A stretch of DNA of 64,000 nt from an uncultured Methylomirabilota bacterium. GTDB taxonomy: Bacteria > Methylomirabilota > Methylomirabilia > Methylomirabilales > 2-02-FULL-66-22. This document shows positions 19,507 through 28,454 of the stretch, piece by piece (position 1 is the first letter of the stretch; each line of letters opens with the position of its first letter). The stretch spans positions 160,001 through 224,000 of the forward strand of contig OY970067.1 of NCBI GenBank assembly GCA_963705305.1. The letters are read 5' to 3'. The notes under the pieces were generated by a model. It searched no databases. It was given only the letters and a program-made list of their open reading frames with translations, and had not been told where the DNA came from. Made by a program: the position numbers and the translations under genes.

Positions 19507-20430
19507 CTAGAGCCTCAGGTGGGCGCTGTAGGGCTCGCCGAAGAATCCGTGGGGCCTGAAGGTCAGGATGACCAGGATGATCGAGTAGGCGACCAGGTCG
19601 CGGACGGTGGACGGCAGGATGGCCGCCACGAAGATCTCGATGAATCCCAGGAGGAACCCGGCCAGCGCCGCGCCGGGGATGGACCCGCGCCCGCCGAGGA
19701 TGGCGGCGACGAAAGCCTTCCAGCCCACCAGGACGCCCATGTAGGGATCCAGCACGGGATACGCGATGCCGTAGAGGATGCCCGCGGCGGCGGCCAGCGC
19801 CGAACCGATGGCGAAGGTCATCGCGGCAACGGAGTTGCTGGAGACCCCCATCAACGGGACCACGACGTAGTCGTAGGCCATGGCCCGCATGGCCATGCCC
19901 CACTTGGTGTGGCGCACGAACTGGTGCAGCGCCAGCATGAGCAGCGCGGACACCAGCACGATGATGATCCGGGTGTTGGTGATGCTCACCCCGGCAATCT
20001 GGTAGGTCTTGGTGGCAATCAGGGCGGGGAAATTCCGCCGGGCGGCCCCGAACAGCGCCAGATTCCCCGTCTCGAGGATGATGCCCACCATCAATCCCGT
20101 CACGGCGGCCGAGGCGCGGGGCGCATTCCGCAGGGGCCGGTACGCGATCCGCTCGACGATCATCCCCAGGACGGAGGTGGCGATCATGGCGAACACGATC
20201 GTCAGCACCAGGATCAGCCAGCCGGGCAGCGGCAGGGCCCCTGTCGCGGCGGCGGCGACCAGGCCGATGGAGATGAAGAATCCGATGTAAGCTCCCGACA
20301 TGAAGATGTCGCCATGCGCGAAGTTGAACAGCATCAGCACGCCGTAGACCATCGAGTAGCCCAGGGCGATCAGGGCGTAGAAGCTGCCCCACTGCAGCGC
20401 ATTGATGACATTCTGCAGGAAAAACGCCAT
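19507..20430 (-). CDS. livH: LivH-type permease
   Basis: YALIALGYSMVYGVLMLFNFAHGD. Confidence 0.93.
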   Translation of the reverse strand: MAFFLQNVINALQWGSFYALIALGYSMVYGVLMLFNFAHGDIFMSGAYIGFFISIGLVAAAATGALPLPGWLILVLTIVFAMIATSVLGMIVERIAYRPLRNAPRASAAVTGLMVGIILETGNLALFGAARRNFPALIATKTYQIAGVSITNTRIIIVLVSALLMLALHQFVRHTKWGMAMRAMAYDYVVVPLMGVSSNSVAAMTFAIGSALAAAAGILYGIAYPVLDPYMGVLVGWKAFVAAILGGRGSIPGAALAGFLLGFIEIFVAAILPSTVRDLVAYSIILVILTFRPHGFFGEPYSAHLRL

Positions 20431-20563
20431 CGGGTGTGCTCCTTACAGAGGTCGGGCCCGGAGCCTCGCGGCCCCGCGCCCGACCTTTCTGGTTCCCGCG
20501 TGGGTTGCAACGCGACGGATCATCCGCTGCCCAACGGGCAACGGCGGTCCGACGGCGCGTGTC

Positions 20564-21745
20564 CTACTTTGGACACACCTGCTTGAAGAAGGTGAAGTCC
20601 CCGGTGTTGCTGATCTTGACGATGACGGCGCACTTGGACGGATCGCCGCTCCCCTCGTGGAAGGTCATGCTGCCCGTGATGCCCTTGAAGTCGCGAATTG
20701 TCGCGATGGCGTCCCGGACGCATTTCCGATCTTGCTTGATATTCCCGGTGATCTTGCCGCACTTCTGGATCCCTGTCTGAACGATTCCGAGGGCATCCCA
20801 CGTCAGGGCGGCGACGTCATCCGGCACGTAGCCGTACTTCTGGTTGTAGCGATCGATGAACTCCTTGGTCTTGCCTGTGGCCCCGGCGGCCGCGTAGTGC
20901 GTGCTGAAGTACAGGCCGTCGCAGTCGCTGCCACACAGCTTCATCAGCTCGGCCGAGCCCCAGCTGTCGCTCCCCACGATGGGCTTGTTGAAGCCCAGCT
21001 GGTGCGCCTGCTTCACAATCAGGGGCACCTCGTCGTAATACTGCGGGGTGAACAGGAACTGGGCGCCCGAGTCCTTGATCTTGGTCAGCTGCGCGCTGAA
21101 ATCCTTGTCCTTGGTGGTGAAACTCTCGAAGGAGACCACGGAGCCGGCCCCATGCAGGTCCTCCCAGGCCTTCTTGAAGTACTCGGCGAGGCCCTTGGGA
21201 TAGTCGCTGGCGATGTCGTACAACACCGCCGCCTTCGTGAAGTGGAACTGGTCGGTGACGAAATTGGCGATCACCGGCCCCTGGAACGGATCCAGGAAAC
21301 AGGCGCGGAAGACCCAGGGGCGATTGAGCGTGGCATTGGGGTTCGTGGACCACGGGGTGACCATGGGAGTTTCATAGTTGTTGGCGACCTCGCCGGCCGG
21401 CACGGCCTGCTTGGAGGCCTGGGGGCCGACGATCACCAGGACCTGGTCCTGGGTGATCATCTTGGTATTGGCGAGGACCGCCGACTCGGCCTTGGACTCG
21501 TTGTCCTCGATCACCAGCTCGACCTTGTACGTCTGGCTGCCCACCTTCAAGCCGCCGGCCTTTTGGACATCCTCCAGCCACATCTGGGCGGCGAACTTGG
21601 TCCCCTCTCCGACCTTGGGGATGTCCCCGGTGAGGGGGGCGTTGATCCCGATCTTGATGACCGCCGCATGGGCGGCTGTCCCGGCGGCCAGCGCGAAGCC
21701 CATGAGAAACACCGACAAGGCTACGGCCAAAAGCTTTCGACTCAT
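20564..21745 (-). CDS. livK: LIV-type substrate-binding protein
   Basis: Sec signal, IKIGINAPLTG, FRACFLDPFQG and DFSAQLTKI. Confidence 0.93.
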   Translation of the reverse strand: MSRKLLAVALSVFLMGFALAAGTAAHAAVIKIGINAPLTGDIPKVGEGTKFAAQMWLEDVQKAGGLKVGSQTYKVELVIEDNESKAESAVLANTKMITQDQVLVIVGPQASKQAVPAGEVANNYETPMVTPWSTNPNATLNRPWVFRACFLDPFQGPVIANFVTDQFHFTKAAVLYDIASDYPKGLAEYFKKAWEDLHGAGSVVSFESFTTKDKDFSAQLTKIKDSGAQFLFTPQYYDEVPLIVKQAHQLGFNKPIVGSDSWGSAELMKLCGSDCDGLYFSTHYAAAGATGKTKEFIDRYNQKYGYVPDDVAALTWDALGIVQTGIQKCGKITGNIKQDRKCVRDAIATIRDFKGITGSMTFHEGSGDPSKCAVIVKISNTGDFTFFKQVCPK

Positions 21746-21922
21746 TGTCCCCTCCTTCTCCGCTCAATGCGCTCTTCGTTCCAATTCGGCGCCCTCACCG
21801 AGCGCCACCTCCTGCTGCCAATCACCTCCTTCCGGACGGACTTGACCATCAGAGGGCCCGGCCGCCCACAGCCCTCCGCCAGCATGTATGATCGCGCATG
21901 CCTCGGGGCTGGGGGCGGGAAA

Positions 21923-21939
21923 AGCAATCGGGGTGCCAA
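21923..21939 (-). promoter_or_regulatory. Sigma54 (-24/-12) promoter of liv operon 2
   Basis: TTGGCACCCCGATTGCT matches TGGCAC-N5-TTGCW; about 180 nt upstream of livK. Confidence 0.75.
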
Positions 21940-22405
21940 ACAGAGTAGTTCCCTCCCCGGACAATCCGATGACGCCCTCCGCCCTGCGTCCTCCCTCAGT
22001 TCAAGCTGCGGGCGCCGGCCGTTCCGGGTGCCCGCGGGTGTCCACACTTCTGTGAGATTCGACAATTCCGTGTGCAAAAGTGTCCCCTCGGAGCAGGATG
22101 CCGAAGGCGGGCCGGCGACGAGAGCGCAGCCGTCTCTCCACCAGGACGGCAACAACCCTCACGGCGACCGCGTATCCGGCAGGCTTCCGGAGTGCCCCGA
22201 ACGCATCCCATCACGCCATGCGGGGCCCGGAAACAGCGCAGCCCTTGGGGAGGCAACCGCCCCCAAAGGCCGCGCAGGTGTGGCCATCCGCAGGTTTTTC
22301 GCAGCCGGCATCCCAGCCCCCTCTTCTCCCGATTTGGGGACCATTGCAGACCGGCAGGACGCTACCTCTTCGGGGTGGCAGAAGTCAAGGGGAAAGGCGG
22401 AGCAC

Positions 22406-23074
22406 TCAACGGATGGCGCCGCTGTAAAGATACCATCCGATCCCGATGGTGAAGACGTAATCGCCCCAGAGCCCATGCTCCAGGCTCGCCGCCAGGAGCG
22501 ATCCCGTCCGGAGGTACCGGTAGGCGAAGATGATCCCGCCCAGCGTGGCCAGGGTGAAGGCGATCCAGTTGCCGTAGACGAGGTGGGCCAGGCCGAAGCT
22601 GAGCCCGTTCAGCAGGACGAGGTGCGCGTCGTTGTGGAAGAGCCTCCGGTAGCGGTGAAAGAAGAAGGCGCGGAAGAGCAGCTCCTGCGGATACACTCCC
22701 AGGATCGGGTAGAGGAGCATCACCAGCACCCAGGCTCCGGGCCTCTCCAGCGGGAAGATCAGAAAGCGATCCGGCAGGAAGACGGCGTTGAGAATGCTGA
22801 GCAGCAGGCCGGCCGGCAGGAACAAAAGCAGGATAGCGCGGAGGTGCCGGGGGAGCCCGGCCGTGGACCACAGGCTGCGGCGGTCGAACCTTTCGGCGCG
22901 GACCAGGAACAGGACGGCCCCCAGGGCCAGCGCCAGGGCCAGCAGGGAGATCCGCCAGGCCAGCTGGTGCCGGACGAAGTACAGGCAGGGCGGGAGCACG
23001 AAGAAGCCCGCGGCGCACTCCGCCAGCCGGAGCCAGGTTGCCGGTGTGTCTCGATCCGAGTCGGGGGCGGCCAT
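22406..23074 (-). CDS. CPBP/Abi-family intramembrane metalloprotease
   Basis: QELLFRAFF, FGLAH and EHGLWG motifs. Confidence 0.88.
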   Translation of the reverse strand: MAAPDSDRDTPATWLRLAECAAGFFVLPPCLYFVRHQLAWRISLLALALALGAVLFLVRAERFDRRSLWSTAGLPRHLRAILLLFLPAGLLLSILNAVFLPDRFLIFPLERPGAWVLVMLLYPILGVYPQELLFRAFFFHRYRRLFHNDAHLVLLNGLSFGLAHLVYGNWIAFTLATLGGIIFAYRYLRTGSLLAASLEHGLWGDYVFTIGIGWYLYSGAIR

Positions 23075-23249
23075 GCTATGTGGCGAATCCGGCTGAACCG
23101 GATTCCAGCCAGCGTGCCTATCATACCCCGACAGCGAATCTTCCTCCATCCGCGTGGGCCGGGACCGCCGCCGCTCCTGGCGCGCGACGAGCGGGATGCC
23201 GGACGGCGCGAGCCCGCCGGGGAAGATGGTGGAGAGGCGAGACGGGCGG

Positions 23250-23975
23250 TCAGTCGGTCAGGTAGGCGTGGAAGATCTGCTCGATTTCCCCGAGGCCCTT
23301 GCGGAGCAGCAGCATGTTGGTGAACTGGGCGTAGCAGTCGAGCTGGATGAGGGCGTTCAGGCCCGCGTCCCCCACGTGCACCTCAAGAATGCGCAGGTGG
23401 AAGCAGCTGTTGACCGTCACGACCTCCTGGTAGATCTTGGCCAAGCCCTCCAGCTCCCAGTCCGGCTCCTTGCCCCGTTTCTTCAGGAACAGCTGGGCCA
23501 GCCAGTACATGGCGATGGCGCGGTAGGTCGTCTCCTGGAGGCTGGCGAAGGGCGAGTGCGTGTACACTAGGGGCCGGAGCTTGTCCAGCACGGGACAGCC
23601 GCTGGTGACCATGTAGATTCCCACCAGCGCGCTCAGGCCGTCCTGGAGCGGCACCCGCTTGGCATAGGTCCTGTTCTCGGTGGAGATCTCTACGTCTGTC
23701 TCTTCGTACGAGAAGGCATCCTTGAAATGCTCGACGACCTCCACCAGGTTGGCCGCCACCGGACAGCGCGGGTGCGTGTTCGGCCGGAGGGGACAGATGG
23801 TGCACTGCTGATAGGTGAGGCAAGTCCAGTCGGGGTAGGCCCGACGCTTCGCGGGGATAAGGGCCAGCGTGCGGGGTTCCAGGCGGACGGTAACCTCCCG
23901 CGCCCTCCCCTGCACAGAGGAGAACTTGTAGCGGAACCAGACCCCATTCTCGGAGCGCTTCGCCCGATCTTCCAT
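23250..23975 (-). CDS. Cys-containing hypothetical protein (DUF6901-like)
   Basis: CTICP...RCP, SGCP and HSPFASLQET; family recalled from memory. Confidence 0.7.
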   Translation of the reverse strand: MEDRAKRSENGVWFRYKFSSVQGRAREVTVRLEPRTLALIPAKRRAYPDWTCLTYQQCTICPLRPNTHPRCPVAANLVEVVEHFKDAFSYEETDVEISTENRTYAKRVPLQDGLSALVGIYMVTSGCPVLDKLRPLVYTHSPFASLQETTYRAIAMYWLAQLFLKKRGKEPDWELEGLAKIYQEVVTVNSCFHLRILEVHVGDAGLNALIQLDCYAQFTNMLLLRKGLGEIEQIFHAYLTD

Positions 23976-24134
23976 TCGCGCGGTCCTCTCCCACCCCCCC
24001 GGGGGGTGGGAGCATTGTGGGTGCCGTCGCGGCCCCTGTCAAGGAAGACTGTCCCCGCTCTCGCGGTTGTCCTCTCCCCGGCATCACCGAAAGAAGTCGC
24101 GCCGGAACAGAGGGCCCTGGACCTCTTCGCGCTC

Positions 24135-24968
24135 TTACTCGGTCGCGACGCCGGCCTCTCTCGCCCGCGCCACCAGGTACTCGCGGCCGGCCAGCATGTC
24201 GTCGAGGCTGCCGAAGGCGTTGGTGTAGTGGCCCCTGAAGCCCTTCCCCTCGACGCGCCGGAACATATCCACGAAGTCCAGGTCGCCGGCGCCCGGCTTC
24301 AGATGGAGCTCGTGTCCCAGGCGGAAGCAGTCGGCGATCCGCACCTCGTCCACCCGCCTGAAGTCCAACGCGTCGCAGAAGCCCCCGACCCCCTCGGGCA
24401 CCAGGTGGGCGTGGTTCACCGTGAAAGACAGCCGGAAAGCCGGCGACTGGATCCGCTCGTAGAAGGCGCGCCACTCTTCCAAGGTGGCCGGGATGTAGTG
24501 TACCTCGGCCGTCTCCGGCTCGGCGTTGTGATTCTCGAGGAGCATGCGCACCCCCTTCCTCTCGGCGTAGGCGGCGAGCCGCTGGAGCCGCTCGACGGCC
24601 GCGTCCGTGCGCATCCGTTTGTCGGCGGTGAAGTGGTAGCCTCCGTGCACCACCATCCACCCGGCCCCCAGCTTGGGGTAGATGTCCACGTAGCTCCGGA
24701 GGTACTGGTCCACCGCCTCCGACACATAGGGCGAATACTCCGCCACGTTGACCGCCGACAGCGTGTGCAGCCCCAGGTGGATCCCGTGCTTCTCCACCGC
24801 CGCCCGCACCGCCGCGGCGCGGGCGGCGTCGAAGGTCGTGATGGCGTTTTGCGCCGTGTCCAGCTGGATGTCGATGTAGCGAACGCCGTTGCCGGCCGCC
24901 CACTGGATCCCCTCCTCCAGCCGGATGCGCCGCCCCAGGTCGATGCCGATGCGATCCCGCAGCCTCAT
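24135..24968 (-). CDS. Sugar phosphate isomerase/epimerase (xylose-isomerase-like TIM barrel)
   Basis: GLHT, VVHGG, LLENHN and HLKPGAGDLDF. Confidence 0.85.
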   Translation of the reverse strand: MRLRDRIGIDLGRRIRLEEGIQWAAGNGVRYIDIQLDTAQNAITTFDAARAAAVRAAVEKHGIHLGLHTLSAVNVAEYSPYVSEAVDQYLRSYVDIYPKLGAGWMVVHGGYHFTADKRMRTDAAVERLQRLAAYAERKGVRMLLENHNAEPETAEVHYIPATLEEWRAFYERIQSPAFRLSFTVNHAHLVPEGVGGFCDALDFRRVDEVRIADCFRLGHELHLKPGAGDLDFVDMFRRVEGKGFRGHYTNAFGSLDDMLAGREYLVARAREAGVATE

Positions 24969-25433
24969 CTCATCCTCCCCCACTGCGTGGAATATAGGGG
25001 ACGTTGCGACTTTATTGTCTTTATTCCGGCGATCTGGCGGCGCCCCACGTCGAAGGCGAAGGGGGCTTTCTTTGTCGCCATCCGTCCAACGTCGGTCCTC
25101 CCAAGATCTGTGTGAAGAGCACCATGCCCTTCATCTTCTCCTCCTTCCGGTGTGAGGATCTGGTGCGCTTCCCATCTTTACAGGCCTCCCGCCCGCTCCG
25201 TCCTTCGCCGCCCCTGTGCAAAAGCCGCGGCCCCCTAAAAGGCTTGCCTCCAGAGGGCCGCCCGATCATCCCACCGAAACGGTCCGTTCCGAACGGTTCT
25301 CCCGTCTTCCCATGGCCGGCCGGAAAGAGCGCATCGCGCCGGCCCGGCACGGCTCCGGGATCTGGGACCGGCCGCCGACCGCCAGCACACCCCCCCGACC
25401 GTCCAGCAAGCTGCCGAAGCACCCGTTTCGCTC

Positions 25434-25614
25434 AGGCTGCTCAAAAAGGTCCAGAAGCAAGGCGGCGTCACCCATCCCTCGGGATGGGTACCCGGTGCGG
25501 TGCGAGACGTGCTCTGCTCGTACGTCGCAGCGCCACGCGAGCGCGCGGGCACCCGTCCGAAGGATGGGCACCCATCAGATGGGTACCCGGCAGATGGGCC
25601 TTTTTCAGCAGCCT
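25434..25614. mobile_element. 181-bp MITE-like element with internal hairpins
   Basis: TIRs AGGCTGCTCAAAAAGGTCCA and (rc) AGGCTGCTGAAAAAGGCCCA match 18/20; three ACCC(A/G)TC..GATGGG hairpins; no clear TSD. Confidence 0.75.
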
Positions 25615-25615
25615 A

Positions 25616-26548
25616 CTAGGCCAGCCGGGCAAACTTCTGGATGGTGCGGGCCCCCCGGTCCATCTTGGCGTGGGTCACGGACACCTCGCCCACATACAGA
25701 TCTCCCCGGGAATCCGCGGTGAGGGTGTGAGGGGCGAAGAACAGTCGATCCTCGGCCCCGTGCCCCTCGTTCCCCCAGCGGGCGAGCAGGTCGCCGCCCA
25801 GCGTGAAGATGCTGATCCGCATGCATAGCTCGCTCACGATGACGACATCGTCGCCGACGTACATGTCCGTGGGCCGGATGAGGTCCGTCCACTGGCTGAT
25901 GAACTTGCCGTCCTCGCGGAAGATCTGGATCCGGCTGTTCTCGCGGTCGGCCACCCATACGCGGCCTGCCTTGTCGACCCGCAGATTGTGGGGCAGCCTG
26001 AACTGGGACGGCCCGGGCCCCGGCCCGCCCCACGAGGAGATCAGCTCTCCCTTGGCGGTGAATCGATGCACCTGCGCGTTCCCGTAACCGTCCGAGACGT
26101 AGATCTCTCCCTTGGGAGAGATCGCGACCCCGGTCGGCCGGTTGAACGGTCCCCCGCCGTGCGTGATGGACGCAATGCGCTCGAACAGATCGGGGGTTTC
26201 CCGGTAACCCGTGTCGGAGGGCTTGTCCTCGGTCCCGATGGTCATGAGGAGCTTCCCCTCCGGCGTGAACTGCCTCACCGTGTGCTTCCGGTCATCCGTG
26301 CAAAAGATCGAGCCGTTGGGTCCGGCACAGCTGCCGTGAGCGCGGCCGAAGAGGCCCTTGCCCCACCTGGACACCAGGGCGCCGTCTCGATCGAAGATCG
26401 TGATCGGGGACGCGCCCCGGCTGAGGACGTAGACGCGGTCGCCGGAATCCACGCACACCCCGCCGACGTCCACGAACGACTCCCCCTCAGGGAGCTTCGC
26501 CCACCCGGGCGCCAGCTCGTACCGGTACTTCCCCTTGCCGTAGACCAT
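25616..26548 (-). CDS. NHL-repeat beta-propeller (peptidyl-alpha-hydroxyglycine amidating lyase-like)
   Basis: FNRPTGVA, YVSDGYGN, FRLPH and WVADRENSRIQIF. Confidence 0.9.
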   Translation of the reverse strand: MVYGKGKYRYELAPGWAKLPEGESFVDVGGVCVDSGDRVYVLSRGASPITIFDRDGALVSRWGKGLFGRAHGSCAGPNGSIFCTDDRKHTVRQFTPEGKLLMTIGTEDKPSDTGYRETPDLFERIASITHGGGPFNRPTGVAISPKGEIYVSDGYGNAQVHRFTAKGELISSWGGPGPGPSQFRLPHNLRVDKAGRVWVADRENSRIQIFREDGKFISQWTDLIRPTDMYVGDDVVIVSELCMRISIFTLGGDLLARWGNEGHGAEDRLFFAPHTLTADSRGDLYVGEVSVTHAKMDRGARTIQKFARLA

Positions 26549-26892
26549 GTCTCTGCGCTCCTTCCCTCGGGTTGCTCCTTCGTGCGCCCGCTTCCGCGGA
26601 CCCGCCGGCCGTCTCTCGAAATCCCGTCCCGTCCGGGATCATCGTCGGACACGCCCCCGGCCGCGCTCGCCCCGGTCGGGCACCCTCTTCCACGGGCCGC
26701 GTCGGATTATGTGACGGGGACCTCCGGTTGTCCAGCCCAACCGGCCAAACGTCCGGTTGGGCGGGTCCTGCGCAGGAGAACATCCGGGGCCTACGGGCCG
26801 ATCCCGGCTCGCGGCGCGAGGCGTGGCGCCGGAGGCCCGAAGGGAAGGGAGCCGGTGCGGGAGAGAACGATCGGCCCGAGCGGGCGCGCGGA

Positions 26893-28008
26893 TCACAGCC
26901 GCTTGCGGAACGGCGCAGCGTAGCCGGTCATCTCAACGTAGGCCCGGCCCGTGATGGGGCGGCCGGCGAGGATGCCCTGGACGGCGGCGGCTCCCTCCCA
27001 GTAGATCACCCCGGTGCTCTTGGCCGTGTCCAGCTCCTGGTCGGGGAAGGCGGGCGTCACCGCGACCTCGAGCCCCAGGCTCGGCACACGGAGCCGCCAT
27101 TTCATCGGATAGGTCCCCCGGGTCCGGGGGCTTTGCCATCGATCCAGGACCTCCACCTGGAAGTCCCGCCGCTTCAGGCCGGTCGCCTTCCCGTCCTGCG
27201 CCACCCACGTCCCCGCCGAGTACGGATCGGGGCGCCCGTCGGCCCCCCGGATGAGGTAGAGCATCAGCTCCGTTCCATCGTCGAATTGGAGGCTGAACCA
27301 GTCCCACCCCACCTGGTCGGGATTGAGCTGGGTCGAGCCAAACTCGTGATCCATCCAGCTCCAGCCGGTCACCGCTAGGGTCTTTCCGCCGACAGTCAAG
27401 CTCCCCTCGGTCTTGAGGCGCGTCAGCGAATAGTAGTGCGAGGCGCGCCCGCGCCCCGCCCCCTTTTGACTCACCCCGTTCTCCCCGTTGATCGCGGGGG
27501 GCTTTTGCGAGACGAGGCCGAGCTCCAAGCCGTAGGCACCCTCCTGCGCTTTCAGCCGGTGCGTGACCCCGTCCCCCGTCACCTCCCAGCCCCCCACCCA
27601 GACGTGGAGCTCCGTCTGGCTGGCCCCGGCCTGGCCCATGGCGGCCCGTCCGACCCGCTCGAAGCAGTGGAAAGTCCCGTGCGGGATGTCCGAGATCGCG
27701 AAGTGGGCCAGATACAGGTTTCGGGCGGCCCAGCGGGAGGGGCTCGTCCGCGCCTCGGCCAGCCCGCTGCGGAAGAACGTCACTTGAAATCCGTACTCCT
27801 CCCCGTCCGTCGTCCGCAGGTGGCCGGTGTAATACCACCACTCGGTCCGGTAGTCGTCGTGGGAGTAATGGTCCCGCGGAAAGGCGAACCGATAGCCGGG
27901 AAGCGCCTGGCGGAACTCGGCCGCCCGGACACTCGGGACGGGCGAGAGCGGCCAGGCGGCCGTGAGCGCGAGAGCGGTGAGGAGCACCCCGCGGAAAGCC
28001 GCCTTCAT
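26893..28008 (-). CDS. Secreted lipocalin-like protein (AttH/CrtC type)
   Basis: Signal peptide, FPRDH...EWWYYTG, WMDHEF, GWDWFS, YWEG and YVEMTGY. Confidence 0.9.
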   Translation of the reverse strand: MKAAFRGVLLTALALTAAWPLSPVPSVRAAEFRQALPGYRFAFPRDHYSHDDYRTEWWYYTGHLRTTDGEEYGFQVTFFRSGLAEARTSPSRWAARNLYLAHFAISDIPHGTFHCFERVGRAAMGQAGASQTELHVWVGGWEVTGDGVTHRLKAQEGAYGLELGLVSQKPPAINGENGVSQKGAGRGRASHYYSLTRLKTEGSLTVGGKTLAVTGWSWMDHEFGSTQLNPDQVGWDWFSLQFDDGTELMLYLIRGADGRPDPYSAGTWVAQDGKATGLKRRDFQVEVLDRWQSPRTRGTYPMKWRLRVPSLGLEVAVTPAFPDQELDTAKSTGVIYWEGAAAVQGILAGRPITGRAYVEMTGYAAPFRKRL

Positions 28009-28454
28009 GGACTGGACGCCTCTGCCTCCGGCGGCGCGGCGGACGGCACGTGGGACCGGAGCCTCCGGAAAAACGCGTCCGCGTCCGGCGGCGTGATGAC
28101 GATCTCGCGCCGTCTGCCTTCGCGGAGATGCAGCGTGATCCGATTCCCCAGGCGGAAGGTCACCCAGTGCTCGCACCAGAGCGAGCCGCCCATCCGGACG
28201 GCCGTGATGTCGGCATACCGGATGACGCGGAAGGGCACGCCCAGCGCCACGATCTCCAGCGCCTGCTCTCCCAAACGATACTGCAGCGTGGCCACCCCAT
28301 AGATCGTGATCAGGCCGAAGGTCACTGTCGATGTCAGCAGCCACACCCAGAACTCAAACGGCACGGTGCCTCCGAATGCGCCCCGCTCCGCTCCGCCGTC
28401 GCCCGCCGTCCGCGCGGCCGTGCGGGCCCCTGCGCGCCACGGCCTCCCCCTCAT
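28005..28454 (-). CDS. Small membrane protein, possibly with a bacterial PH domain
   Basis: One TM segment then YRL...IRYADITAV...IVITPPD; overlaps both neighbours; start uncertain. Confidence 0.6.
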   Translation of the reverse strand: MRGRPWRAGARTAARTAGDGGAERGAFGGTVPFEFWVWLLTSTVTFGLITIYGVATLQYRLGEQALEIVALGVPFRVIRYADITAVRMGGSLWCEHWVTFRLGNRITLHLREGRRREIVITPPDADAFFRRLRSHVPSAAPPEAEASSP

